Positions 1 to 10,984 are shown, numbered from the stretch's first letter. The stretch is 64,000 bases of DNA from Fimbriosthenelais zetlandica (GCA_977030845.1 OZ365118.1:18476001-18540000), one strand, 5' to 3'. The notes: generated from the sequence alone by a model not told the origin. Numbers and translations are program-made.

Positions 1-106
1 GGAGAAAGGAGGTCTGAGATCCTGGGATAAACTGTTTAAAGTTTTAAGTGTTTGTCCCATGTCATATTTCTGTGTATTATATGAGAGTTTGTTTCCGTTT
101 TGACAG

Positions 107-579
107 TATCTGATGATAGGTGGTATGTGATAGGAGTTGATCATGAAGCTAAACATGGTGGAAACACGACCCACCTTACTTCCCCACTCACTCTCCTCAC
201 TCACCCACACTGTCTCCACTTTACCTACAAGATGGATGGTCTGAAACCAGACAAGTTCTCACTACATCTTAAACAGGCTGGCTACTACAGGTAGGTCTAA
301 TAAATACCCCAATTGCATAAACTTACCTACAACTATTACACAATCTAGTCTGTAATGCTATACCAGTAGTCAGTTTAATCTGTATTAAGTACCTCTATAT
401 TTGTAGACAGGTGTGGTGGGTGACGGGATACCAGGGTGAGACGTGGAGGGATGTAGAGCTGGACGTGGAGGGAGGAGAGTACCAGCTGGTGTTTGAATCT
501 ATCAGGGGGTATGAGGACACCAATAACCTACAGCTGGATGAAGTCTACCTCACCCCGGGCCCCTGTAATATCTCCACAT
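107..579 (+). CDS. MAM domain 1 (C-terminal part; exons 107-290 and 407-579)
   Basis: THLTSP....HCLHFTYKM...[12 protein letters not shown]...YQLVFE...[13 protein letters not shown], a typical MAM C-terminal pattern. Confidence 0.8.
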
Positions 580-3500
580 GTAAGATATCCTTGATTTTAA
601 TTAATTTCCTCAATTGCTGACATATTTTTCTCTGTATTAAGTTAATATAAGTTAATGCTGATATGAGCTGACATGTTATTTTGTGTTTCAGGTGACTCTA
701 ACACCAGTTTTAGCTGTAATAATGGGTTCTGTGTCGCTCTGTCGGTGGTCTGCGACGGCTGGGACGACTGTAGAGACATGAGTGATGAACTAATCTGCAG
801 TAAGCTTCAATCTCTTAATGCCTCAATAATTCTTAACGAGCTCTCATCAAAATATCCAACCTCTCTACTCAAGAGAATACCCAAGCTCTCTACTCACCTT
901 GACGCCAATTTCTCTTTGTTTAATGGTTCAATAACAATATATTCTTACAAGATTATATTAAATTTAAATTGGATTATATTAATTTTTCAGGTGATAGTTG
1001 TTTGACGGGTAGAGGGGAGTTCTACAATGGGAGAGTGAACGTGACCATTGATGGTCAGACGTGTCTGTTGTGGTCAGCTTTACCCGAGTCTCTACCGTTA
1101 CGTGTGTTTCCTGATAGAGATGAGAGAGGGAGGAGGAACTACTGTAGGAACCCTGGAGGGGGATTAGATGGTCCATGGTGCTACACCAGCCTGGCCGGAG
1201 ACTGGAGCTACTGCCCCGTCACTCGCTGCCGTTAGTACTTAATATTACTCCTAATCGTTTCTGTCTGAGATATCAAAGGCCAGCCATATTTCATTAATGA
1301 GAAGGTATACAAACATATATCATTAAAAGTCTGGTGAATGATATAAATGGTGACTATTGTACATTGTTTTAACACCTCAGCTTGCCGGGAGAACCAGATT
1401 GAGTGTCGTAACGGTCGCTGTGTGCCGCGCGCCGCTCAGTGTAACGGCGTCAACGACTGCGGCGACAACTCCGACGAACGCGACAACTGTAGCAAGTATA
1501 CCATGTCCTTAATATAATTTACTTTAGTGGAGTCAGTATGCTATAATGTTGCATTGCTAATTGGTGTACGAGGGAACAACCCATAGGGCAAAGTAAATGG
1601 TGTGGTCCAAGAACAATAAGTAGTGTTCAAGGGATGGACCGTATAGATATATCACTTTATTTACATTAATTCTAGTATTAATTGTAGTATTTTTGTCTGT
1701 GTGGTCAGCTGGCTCTATCAGTTGTGATTTTGATGAGCCGTACATGTGTGGGTATCAGATTGACCAGCAGAACTACCCCTACATCTGGCACCGTGATGCC
1801 TGGAACCTGGCCACAGGGGGTGAGTCCATCCTATAATATATAATACCTCTATAATGGTGGGTGCACGAGGTCCTGGGTTCAATCCCACAACCATTCTATG
1901 ACTTCCTCATTGTCCATATCCATCCAGTGCTCCTAACTGGAATATCAAAATCCAGCCATGTCTGTGGTAAGAAGCATGTAGGTCTACCACTGTCTGTGGT
2001 TAATATTTAACAGTTAATGCCGTATATTATACTCTCACTCTGTCTACAGATTACTACCTGTACGCCTATGGTTATAATGGTATCGCTAAGTCCGGTGTCA
2101 AGTGTCGCCTCATCTCCGTCCAGGTGAACATTTCGCGCCCTCACTGTCTGGGTCTGGAGTTTAAATACGGCTACGCTCTGTCTGAGAACTTCCGTATCTA
2201 CTTACGTTACGTGGATGGTATCTACAGACAGCTTGTTAACGTGCCCACGTTAATACGTTACAGCTACCAGGACCTTAACTACACGTTACAGCCGGGAGTC
2301 TTCCAGGTGGTGTTTGAGGCTGAGTCACATCAAGATTCTGTCTACATCTATAGTGTCCTCCTGTCACAGGGCTGGTGTGCGGGTATGTTACTGTTTCATA
2401 ACCATAGGCTAAAGCATTAATTGTTATGAAACAAGATATCAGTGCCCAGTTACCTGGTTACTGATTAGTAACCTGGTTACTGACTGGTTGCCTGGTTACT
2501 AACTAGTTACCTTGTTACTGATTACAGGTAGCTGTAACACCTGTAGTAATGGTGTATGTATAGATGAGTCGCTCTACTGTAACGGTGTCGATAATTGTGG
2601 GGATGGCTCAGACGAGACAGACAGAATGTGTGGTGAGTTTATATATATACAGCTTCATCAGTTAGACAATTTATACAGGTATAGATAGATGGTCTCTTAC
2701 AAACCCTGAATCATAGGTCTCTTTCTATACTACTACCCTACATATCCTGAGTCGTAGGTCTCTTTCTATACTACTACCATACATATCCTGGGTCAATGGT
2801 CCTTTTCTATACTACTACCCTACAAATCCTGGGTTATAGGTATCTTTCTATACTACTACCCTACAAATCCTGGGTTATAGGTATCTTTCTATACTACTAC
2901 CCTACAAATCCTGGGTTATAGGTCTCTTTCTATACTACTACCCTACATATCCTGGGTTATAGGTCTCTTTCTATACTACTACCCTACATATCCTGAGTAG
3001 TAGGTCCCTTTCTATACTACTACCATACAAATCCTGGGTTATAGGTCTCGTTCTATACTACTACCATACATATCCTGAGTCGTCAGTCTCTTTCTATACT
3101 ACTACCCTACAAATCCTGGGTACGACTCAGGATATGTATGGTAGTAGTATAGAAAGGGACCTATAACCCAGGATTTGTAGGGTAGTAATATAGAAAGGGA
3201 CCATTGACCCAGGATATGTAGGGTAGTAGTATAGAAAGAGACCAGTAACCCAGGATATGTAGGGTAGTAGTATAGAAAGAGACCAGTAACCCAGGATATG
3301 TAGGGTAGTAGTATAGAAAGAGACCTATGACTCAGGGTTTGTAAGAGACCAGTAACCAAGTATATGTCTTTTTTCAGATCAGTCCTGTTCTCGTTCTCTT
3401 AAGGGAGAATACTACATGGGTTTTATAAACCATACAGTGAGTGGCGCCGCCTGTGAACCGTGGAGTAACTACAGTAGTGGTCTACACATTACTAGCCTGC

Positions 3501-6500
3501 CTCACAGTACACTGGCTGACGCCGGGTAAGCCCAGTCTGTCTAACTAGTACTAGTATTAGTATGGTCATTATATCAAAATGTGTCTTAGTTTTATTGGTT
3601 GAATATTTCAGCAATTATTGCCGTAATCCTGATAATGCAGAGCGTGTTTGGTGTTTTGTGGATGGAGGGAAGCGTAAAGAGTTCTGTCATGTACCGCGCT
3701 GCCCTGGTGAGAACTTTACAATGTAACATTCTCTGAAAGTTATTCTCAACTTGATGTTTATATCATTAGGGATTGTTTGTGTGTAGGTTTTGCTGGGTGC
3801 AGCAGGCGGTCAGACTTTCAGTGTAATAATGGTAGCTGTATAGAGGCGGCCAGGATCTGTGATGGTACATCAGACTGTATGGACCCCGAGGATGAGATCT
3901 CACCCTGCTGTTAGTCACTATTAATAATCATCTTTAACATCATCTTAAATCTTCACTAATATGAACTTCTTACTCTCTGTTACCATTACAATCTAAAATA
4001 CATTTTCAGATTCAACTTTTGTATTATTTCAGACTTAACCAAAACAGAGAAACTCCAAAAAGGTACGTTATTACTGAACCTTATTTTATATGTTGTATAC
4101 CTCTGGTTTTCATGGCAGCCATGTTCTACCCTGACTTCATCTTTCAGAGTGTAGGATAACATTAGGCGGGGAGGAGTATAGAGGGGGTGTGAACATGACA
4201 CGGACTGGTCAGCCCTGTATATACTGGACAGATGACCACCGAGCTGACCTCACTCCTACTGACCATGGTCAGTCTGTGTTAGAGGAGAACTACTGTAGGA
4301 ATCCTGATCTGAATGATCGACCGTGGTGTTATACTGGACAAACAGGGGATGACTGGAACTACTGTAACGTGCCTAAATGTGGTCAGTCAAACTTTACTCA
4401 AATTTACACGGATCTTACTGAGCAATGATCTCTTTATTAAAAGTTCAATAACTCAAAAACTCCAATTTTAACCACATGATAAAATCTATCAAATGCATAT
4501 TTGGGGAAGATATCTTGAATTGTCTTAGATCGTTTGTCTGATATCTTGAGTGGCCACCAAACAAGCGTGATAAATATAGTTATAATATGTTTGTAGATTG
4601 CTGGATGGGGAACTTTGACTTGCCTTATATAGGATATAAGAACATTACTCCCAACGGTGTGGCCTGCCTCCCCTGGGCTTCCTTCGGTGCCAGGTAACTC
4701 AACCTATATACCTACATGACTTACCATAACTTTACGTGTGTCATATCTGATTATTTAACCTTTGTCTGCAGTGTGTAGGATGACTTTGCGAAGCTGTCTG
4801 ATTATTAAACCTTTGTCCGCAGTGTACGGGATGACTTTGAGCGTCTGTCGGACGAGGATGTAGAAGAAGCTGGGAATTATTGTCGGTTTTTAAACTGGCA
4901 CACACCGTTCTGCTACACGGCAACTAACAGGGTGTGGGAGGAGTGTGACGTGGACGTGTGTTGTGAGTTGGTGCTTCATACTACATACACTGACTTTAAA
5001 TCATATCATTTACTATTCATTCATTCATTCATTCATTCATTCATTCATTCATTCACTAATTCATTCATTTTTACAGCTGGGATAGCGGGAGAGACGCGTG
5101 GGATATCGTGTCAGTTTGAGTCTGGATACATGTGTGGATATACCACGTCTGGATCTGGTGAAGAGGAAGAGGAGGGGGAAGAGGGGAAGAGCGTCCGCTG
5201 GGTCAGGATGGGCTTCCCTCTCCCATTTAACTCTCCTCTCTTCCCACAACAACTAGGCACCAGTAAGATATTGTATTATTATTTAACTATATGTTTTAAT
5301 AGGCCTATTTTAATTGGTCATTAAACATAACTATGCCTATTGTAAGGCTTACTATACCAGACCTCTTATCATGTAATGAATGCCACTTATCCGTTATGTG
5401 TTGTTCATTCAGAGACGGATATCTGTACCCATAATGCAACACGAGGCGCAGACTACCAAGGTCAAACGTCGGTCACGTGGTCTGGTATCTCCTGCCAACG
5501 GTAGGTGGCTCTTAACTTCTGATAACCAATGTAATACTTTATATTCTATATTAATAATAACAACTAATGTTCTCGTACAGGTGGGATGCTAAGTTTCCAC
5601 ATACACAAAACAGTTATGATGATGAACATTTTCCGGGCGGTAACAAGACGTTAGCTCAGAACTACTGCCGTAACCCGAGCCTCCAGGAGACCCGGATGTG
5701 GTGCTACACCACGGACCGTGACGTCAGGTGGGAGTTCTGTGACGTCCTCCCCTGTCAAGGTCAGTCACGTGTCCCCTACTGCATTAAGTTATCATGAAAA
5801 ATATTAATAATTGGCTGGACAAGCAACCAAAGATTCTACTGAATCAACTGGGAATTGTAGGTCCTTTGGGTCCTTTGTGGGGGCAACGCCCTCCGTGTGA
5901 AATGTAGAACTACTGTGTGAAACTACGTCTAATTCATGTGGAGTTTAAATGATATTTCTGTGTGATTTCATGGTGATTTGTGTATTTCACAGAGTCTATG
6001 ATGCTGGCCATGCCTGGGAGCGGGCCTGGGGAGGCAGAATTCTTCTCTCCCTACAACCATTTCCCACCAGGACAGGTTTGGTGCTTGAGCTTCCGAATTC
6101 TGATGCCGGAAAGTACCCTACCCCAGCACCTCTCACTGCTAATACAGGGTATTGACGGGAGTATGAAGCAGGTATGGAGGGAGCAGGCGTCTCCTGGCTT
6201 TACCTGGGACCTCGTTCAGCTAGAGATAAAGCACCTCAACGGCCGACACAGACTTATCTTCAAAATCCAAGATGGCGGCGGTTATTTGGGCAGTGTGCTG
6301 GACAATGTGGACCTCAGTAAAGGAGCGTGTTCTAAGTTAACAGGTGTGTTATGTATATCTTTACTTTGATGCTCGAAGCTCCTGGTTAGAGGCCTGGTAT
6401 GAGTCATTCTCTCTCAAAACAACGGATTTCTGACAATAGGTTTTGAACTCTTTCAGGTTGCCTTTCTGGGGAGTTCCGGTGTGACAATGGTCGATGTTTA

Positions 6501-9500
6501 GATGAGTCTAAAGTTTGTGACGGTTTTGATGATTGCCTTGACAACAGTGATGAATCAGGCACTGGCTGTGGTAAGTCCCTATTTCACAAAAAAAAACATA
6601 TCTTATCTAAGGTTTATCCTTCTCTGTTTATCCCAGTGTTTACTATCTTTCTCATCTTCTTTCAGAATGTGAGCAGTTTCTATGTGACGATGGTCGGTGT
6701 ATATCAGGCTTCCTGGTGAATAACGGCGACCACGACTGTCTGAACGGCGAGGACGAGGGTGTGGGTGAGTACAGCGAGGTGTACAGTCTACCTCAGCCCT
6801 AATCCAACCCCCTACTTACCTGCGTAGCCCTATAAATGCTCTGTATTTATTTCAGTTAATCTAGGCAAAATGAAAACCCCAAACATGGTGGAAGATAAGA
6901 GAGAGACGATGAAGAAGACTAGATTAGAGAAAGATTACATCAACTATACCATACCAGACCTCAGTGGTGAGTGGTTTAGTTTGGCCGCCATCTTGATTCA
7001 GTGACATGTAGACTGTAAACAGTGACTAATGTCTTCCATGATTCCCCTTACAGGACCTCTCACCAAGCAGTTCCTGAGGGACGCTGCTCACAGAAAGGAC
7101 GACTTTATACATGAGTAAGATGGAACAACAGCACACTTTCTCATGATTTCACCATGATGATGCTCTGCCCCTGTATTTGTGGTATTTTGGGCTGTGATAT
7201 ATGCAGTATTTGAATGGTCATTTATGTTTTAGATGTCTGTGGGAGAACCAGCCGTGTGAGGAGGCAGCCATCAGTGAGACCTTTACTGACTATGGTCTCT
7301 GCTACAGCTTTAACAAAGGGAACAACTACAAAGCGAAAAATGCCGGTAAGTGATCCAGTAAATGTGAAACATTGACTATTGTAGCCCACCAGATGTAGAG
7401 TTCTCCATGTCTCTCTCCTGATTTCTATTATTTCCCCTTACAGGAGCACACTCAGGTCTGCGACTCATTCTTAATGTAGAAACTTATGAAGCCATGGAGA
7501 GAATAGAGGCCGTGTCAGGGGTGAAGGTGAGTTATATACTGCTAACAGATTATAGTTATCATTAGTACTTATTATGTTTATCATTATCTATGACTTAGTG
7601 GAAGTGTTAAAGCTTCAGGAGTTGATAAAGACGTTAAATCATAATGAGGAGAGTTTTGTTTTTGTTGAAGGCCCATGTCCATGACCCGGACACCCTACCT
7701 GCGCTAGGTGAGCAGGGGTTCTACCTGGCTACAGGTATGGACTACAGTCTAGAGGTGGATCTCATCAAGGTGAGTGAATTACACCTCCATACACCTGTAC
7801 AGGTGAATTATAGGTAAACCATTGTGTTTTTGCTTTCTTTGTCCAACGTTTCGGGAGACATCGGCCTTCTTCAGGGAATGGCCTATACTATTATTAATGT
7901 TTCTATATCTGATATAGGTGGAACATTTATACTATATTATTAATATATCTAAATCTGTTTGTTTTGTTTTATCAGACTCACAAGTTACACGAGCCCTGGG
8001 GAGACTGTGTAGATGAGCATCCTCTCAGGTTCTATACTCGTTATAACAGACCTAACTGTTTACTGGAATGTTCTACTAACTGGACGTTAGAGATGTGTAA
8101 CTGTACGGCCCCTCACATGCCCACCCCCCGCCACCAGCACGGGTCCTCACTCTGCTCCCTACGACAGTACATGGACTGCTACTTGTTCCTCCGATGTAAG
8201 TATACAGGTCAGCTCATTGCCTACAGTAGATTGAATGACTTGCAAATGCTTCCAGTTCCAATATCAAACCAGTTTTCATTATTGGAAGTGACGCCTTTCG
8301 ACCTTGCAAGAGTGGTAGAAGAAGCTCTTCTTGGTGACAGGTGGCAATAAATTTCGCAAGCAATATTGCAGAAGCCCTTACAATCATGTATATATATAGC
8401 TACTGATATGTAGATATATTATTTCCAGTTTATAACCAAGGCTCCTCCTGTGACTGCCCTGAGACCTGCCATGAGACATATTACGGTAGGAAACTCTCTC
8501 ATGGTAAGCTCGATCTCACGTTTATCAATGATTCTAAGCGACTCCAGAGGAAGGTGAAGCGAGCTGAGATCACAAACGACCTGCGGAACCCTCGACTATA
8601 CTACCATACCCTCAACTCACTCTACAATATCACACGACTACTGCACGGTGTCCTCCAACTCACAGACGGACTCTGGTTCACCCATACCCCGCCCAAATCA
8701 CACAACAGATGGATCTATAACATAGAACTAGGCCTGAAAAAACTCGTCAATATCTATGAAAGGTCTTATACACAAATATATGAGAAGGTGAAAGAACCTC
8801 TGTTATCTAAACTCCAGGATATAGTCATTGTTAAGAAGGACATACTTCTTTATCAGAAAGAACTGATATATTGGGAACATCGGATGCTTCTTTATAAAAG
8901 CCGTGACATTATTGACAAGTCTGTCAATGAGAGTATGAATGGAACAATGTGGAGCAAGGAAGGAACCACAATTATACTTATTGTAAAACAAATATCAGCT
9001 CAATTTGAAGGACTTAAAGATCTCTACCAGAGAAATGTATCTCAAAATGTAGACATCAGTAAGGCATTTGATGGAGTTAAACATGCCTGTGATGTTCTCT
9101 ATGACATTTCTACTCATTCAGAAGATCTAGATCCTTATCAAGTAGAACATCAACTCAAGTCGATCAATGTTGCTGTGAGGGGATTGTTGAGGGTACTCGG
9201 TACAGAGTGTAGTGAGGTGAAGTCTATAGTGAGGAGCCTGGACGACCTTCACCCTGACGTCACAGTCTGGACGTTATTCCGTCAGATGGAGAGACTGAGT
9301 GATGACCTCAGAGTCCGTGAGTTCAGGACCAGCCTGGTCCACCTCAATAAGATGCACCATGAGTTAGTACAGAGCTTCCAGGCCGAGTATGATAAGAAAT
9401 GTCTGGACACAGATCTAATAGACGGCCGGATGCTACCGTTAATGAGGGTGAACATTAAACAAGCCCTCTCACGTATCATCCACCAGTTCCTGGCGCCCTA

Positions 9501-10408
9501 TCAACTACAGCAGATCCACCTGGTGACAAACCTCACTACTAATTATGAAACGCTCATCAGAACGTTACGCAGGATGCGCGGGTTCCTCCCGCAGCGCCTG
9601 TTACACCAGACACTGGTGGGTCTGGAGGTGTGGAAGCGGACGCTGATAGATATCAGCCCTCGTGAGATAACGAGTATTAACCAACTCCAGCCGTACAGCC
9701 GTATAAAGGCGTACGTCATGAAGGATGAGCAGGAGTTAGCTGCGATTATTAATGAACATATGACAGTGTATACTGAACCCATAGTGAGAGCGTTTGAGAC
9801 GTACTGGAGGCAGGTGTACCAGTATGATCATGATCTACAGGTGGTGGATAAAGAGCTGTCGCACATTACCCGAGACTTTATACACAGAGTCACACTTCAC
9901 CAGCAATTCATCAGGTTAGTATAGGGTTACATAGTATCAGTTAGTATATTCTGCATCTTATCTACTTGTCTAAAGGAAGATGTGTTTTTAATGTATATAA
10001 AATGAAATGAATGAGTTGGAAATCATTCATACCTATTGATGAATTTCATGATAACTTTAGGTTTTTATGTTCTCCTTTTAACGTTACATGTTAGTGTTTG
10101 CTGTTATTTCAGTAAGAACTTCGTGAAGCTGGATGTGTATTTTGCATCTCTGAGTCGGTCAGATGTATCAGAAGCAGAAGGTCTCTCCAGGAGTGAACTT
10201 ATCAGTAAGTACCTTGAACATTCACTCATATTCACACCTCACGCCTGGAAACTTAAACCAGGAGTTATTAATGATTGACTGATGATTTATTACAGGCAGT
10301 ATCGGGGGTTTTATGGGACTTCTCATTGGTGGAAGCCTCATCTCAGCCTGTGAAATATTGGATCTCATAATTACTCTGATTATTGGAAAACACTGGGTTA
10401 AACCTTAA
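107..10408 (+). CDS. Chimeric DEG/ENaC (ASIC-like) channel with MAM, LDLa and kringle modules; 5' end outside the window; 30 exons
   Basis: Exons: 107-290, 407-579, 692-799, 991-1230, 1381-1491, 1709-1819, 2050-2382, 2528-2632, 3378-3525, 3612-3706, 3787-3909, 4033-4062, 4148-4381, 4597-4693, 4823-4962, 5077-5262, 5413-5500, 5581-5759, 5993-6343, 6457-6570, 6666-6764, 6856-6966, 7054-7114, 7233-7345, 7444-7526, 7671-7769, 7976-8195, 8429-9914, 10113-10204, 10296-10408. All junctions are GT-AG (one probable GC-AG) and phase-compatible. Total 5627 nt = 2 nt + 1875 codons ending in TAA. Contains kringle NYCRNP, LDLa DxSDE, MAM CxF..MCGY and DEG/ENaC motifs. Confidence 0.88.
692..1491 (+). CDS. 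LDLa-kringle-LDLa modules (exons 692-799, 991-1230, 1381-1491)
   Basis: [21 protein letters not shown]; kringle C..GRGEFYNG...[16 protein letters not shown]...YCPVTRC; [21 protein letters not shown]. Confidence 0.92.
1709..2632 (+). CDS. MAM domain 2 plus LDLa 3 (exons 1709-1819, 2050-2382, 2528-2632)
   Basis: [13 protein letters not shown]...W; HCLGLEF...FQVVFEA...LSQGWC; [25 protein letters not shown]. Confidence 0.85.
1857..2030 (+). mobile_element. tRNA-derived SINE-like fragment in an intron
   Basis: B-box-like GGGTTCAATCCC at 1875-1886 followed by a non-tRNA body; boundaries approximate. Confidence 0.4.
2691..3350. repeat. Fold-back element: 41-bp minisatellite array followed by its inverted copy
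   Basis: Unit ATAGGTCTCTTTCTATACTACTACCCTACATATCCTGGGTT, about 10 copies forward (to 3120) and 5-6 copies inverted (3121-3350). The outer ends GGTCTCTTACAAACCCTGA and TCAGGGTTTGTAAGAGACC are reverse complements. Confidence 0.9.
3378..4962 (+). CDS. Kringle 2, LDLa 4, micro-exon linker, kringle 3, kringle 4
   Basis: [15 protein letters not shown]; [20 protein letters not shown]; [15 protein letters not shown]; divergent [14 protein letters not shown]. Kringles 2 and 4 are each split by a phase-2 intron. Confidence 0.88.
5017..5069. repeat. (CATT)n microsatellite
   Basis: Run of TTCA units just upstream of the 5076 acceptor. Confidence 0.85.
5077..6764 (+). CDS. MAM domain 3 interrupted by kringle 5, then LDLa 5 and LDLa 6
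   Basis: [15 protein letters not shown] (5077-5262); kringle [16 protein letters not shown] (5413-5759); MAM C-part WCLSF...VW..W...[11 protein letters not shown] (5993-6343); two LDLa exons (6457-6570, 6666-6764). Confidence 0.85.
7054..10408 (+). CDS. DEG/ENaC channel core (finger end, palm, thumb, TM2) of the chimeric gene
   Basis: [47 protein letters not shown], ten thumb Cys including [19 protein letters not shown]2 [18 protein letters not shown] with a GxS filter; stop TAA at 10406-10408. Confidence 0.93.
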
Positions 10409-10984
10409 CATTAGCCGAGGCTACTCCATTCTTACCTCGTTATAACAGATAACACTGAAGACAGACATTAACAGACTTAGTATAGATTGTGGTATATATA
10501 TAGGGTATAATTTCCCATCATCCATTTTGTTCAAAGGAACAGAAATGGGTTGAGATGAATTAATAAGACACAAGACAGAAATATATAGGCCTACTTTTGA
10601 CGGCTTATTTCCCCCCTAATAATCTCTACATGAGAAATAAACATCTCCCTTCAAAAATAAAGTCCTTCCTGAACAAATACGACCGGGAGGTGTGTCGACA
10701 AAGAGATATTTCTACTGTTATACATGATTTATATTGTGTTTGCGGCTTTACGGGTTGCAAGTGTAGTTCACACTTTGCCCGCAGCTAGCCGCGGCGGCGC
10801 TAGCTGATGCTATCCCCGCCCAATGCTAAACCAGCTGCTTTGGCTTTAGGCTAGTTTATACCTATTATCAACACCAGACTATATATTGCATATACACATA
10901 CATGTTACCATTTCTCTTGATCTCTGAGGTTAATGTAACAATTCCAATATAATATATATTAGAATATTTCTTAGCCTATTTTGT

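Noticed and set aside
3102-3359. 85-aa minus-strand ORF
   Set aside because: Translation of the 41-bp minisatellite arm
8554-9924. Stand-alone 456-aa gene from the ORF track
   Set aside because: It is the interior of exon 8429-9914, in frame with flanking channel motifs
6870-10408. Independent channel gene starting at an ATG in exon 6856-6966
   Set aside because: It would lack the HG motif, TM1 and FPxxTIC; the upstream acceptor and phase link it to the LDLa exon
10782-10806. CAGCTAGC...GCTAGCTG short hairpin in the 3' region of gene 1
   Set aside because: An 8-bp stem with no supporting context
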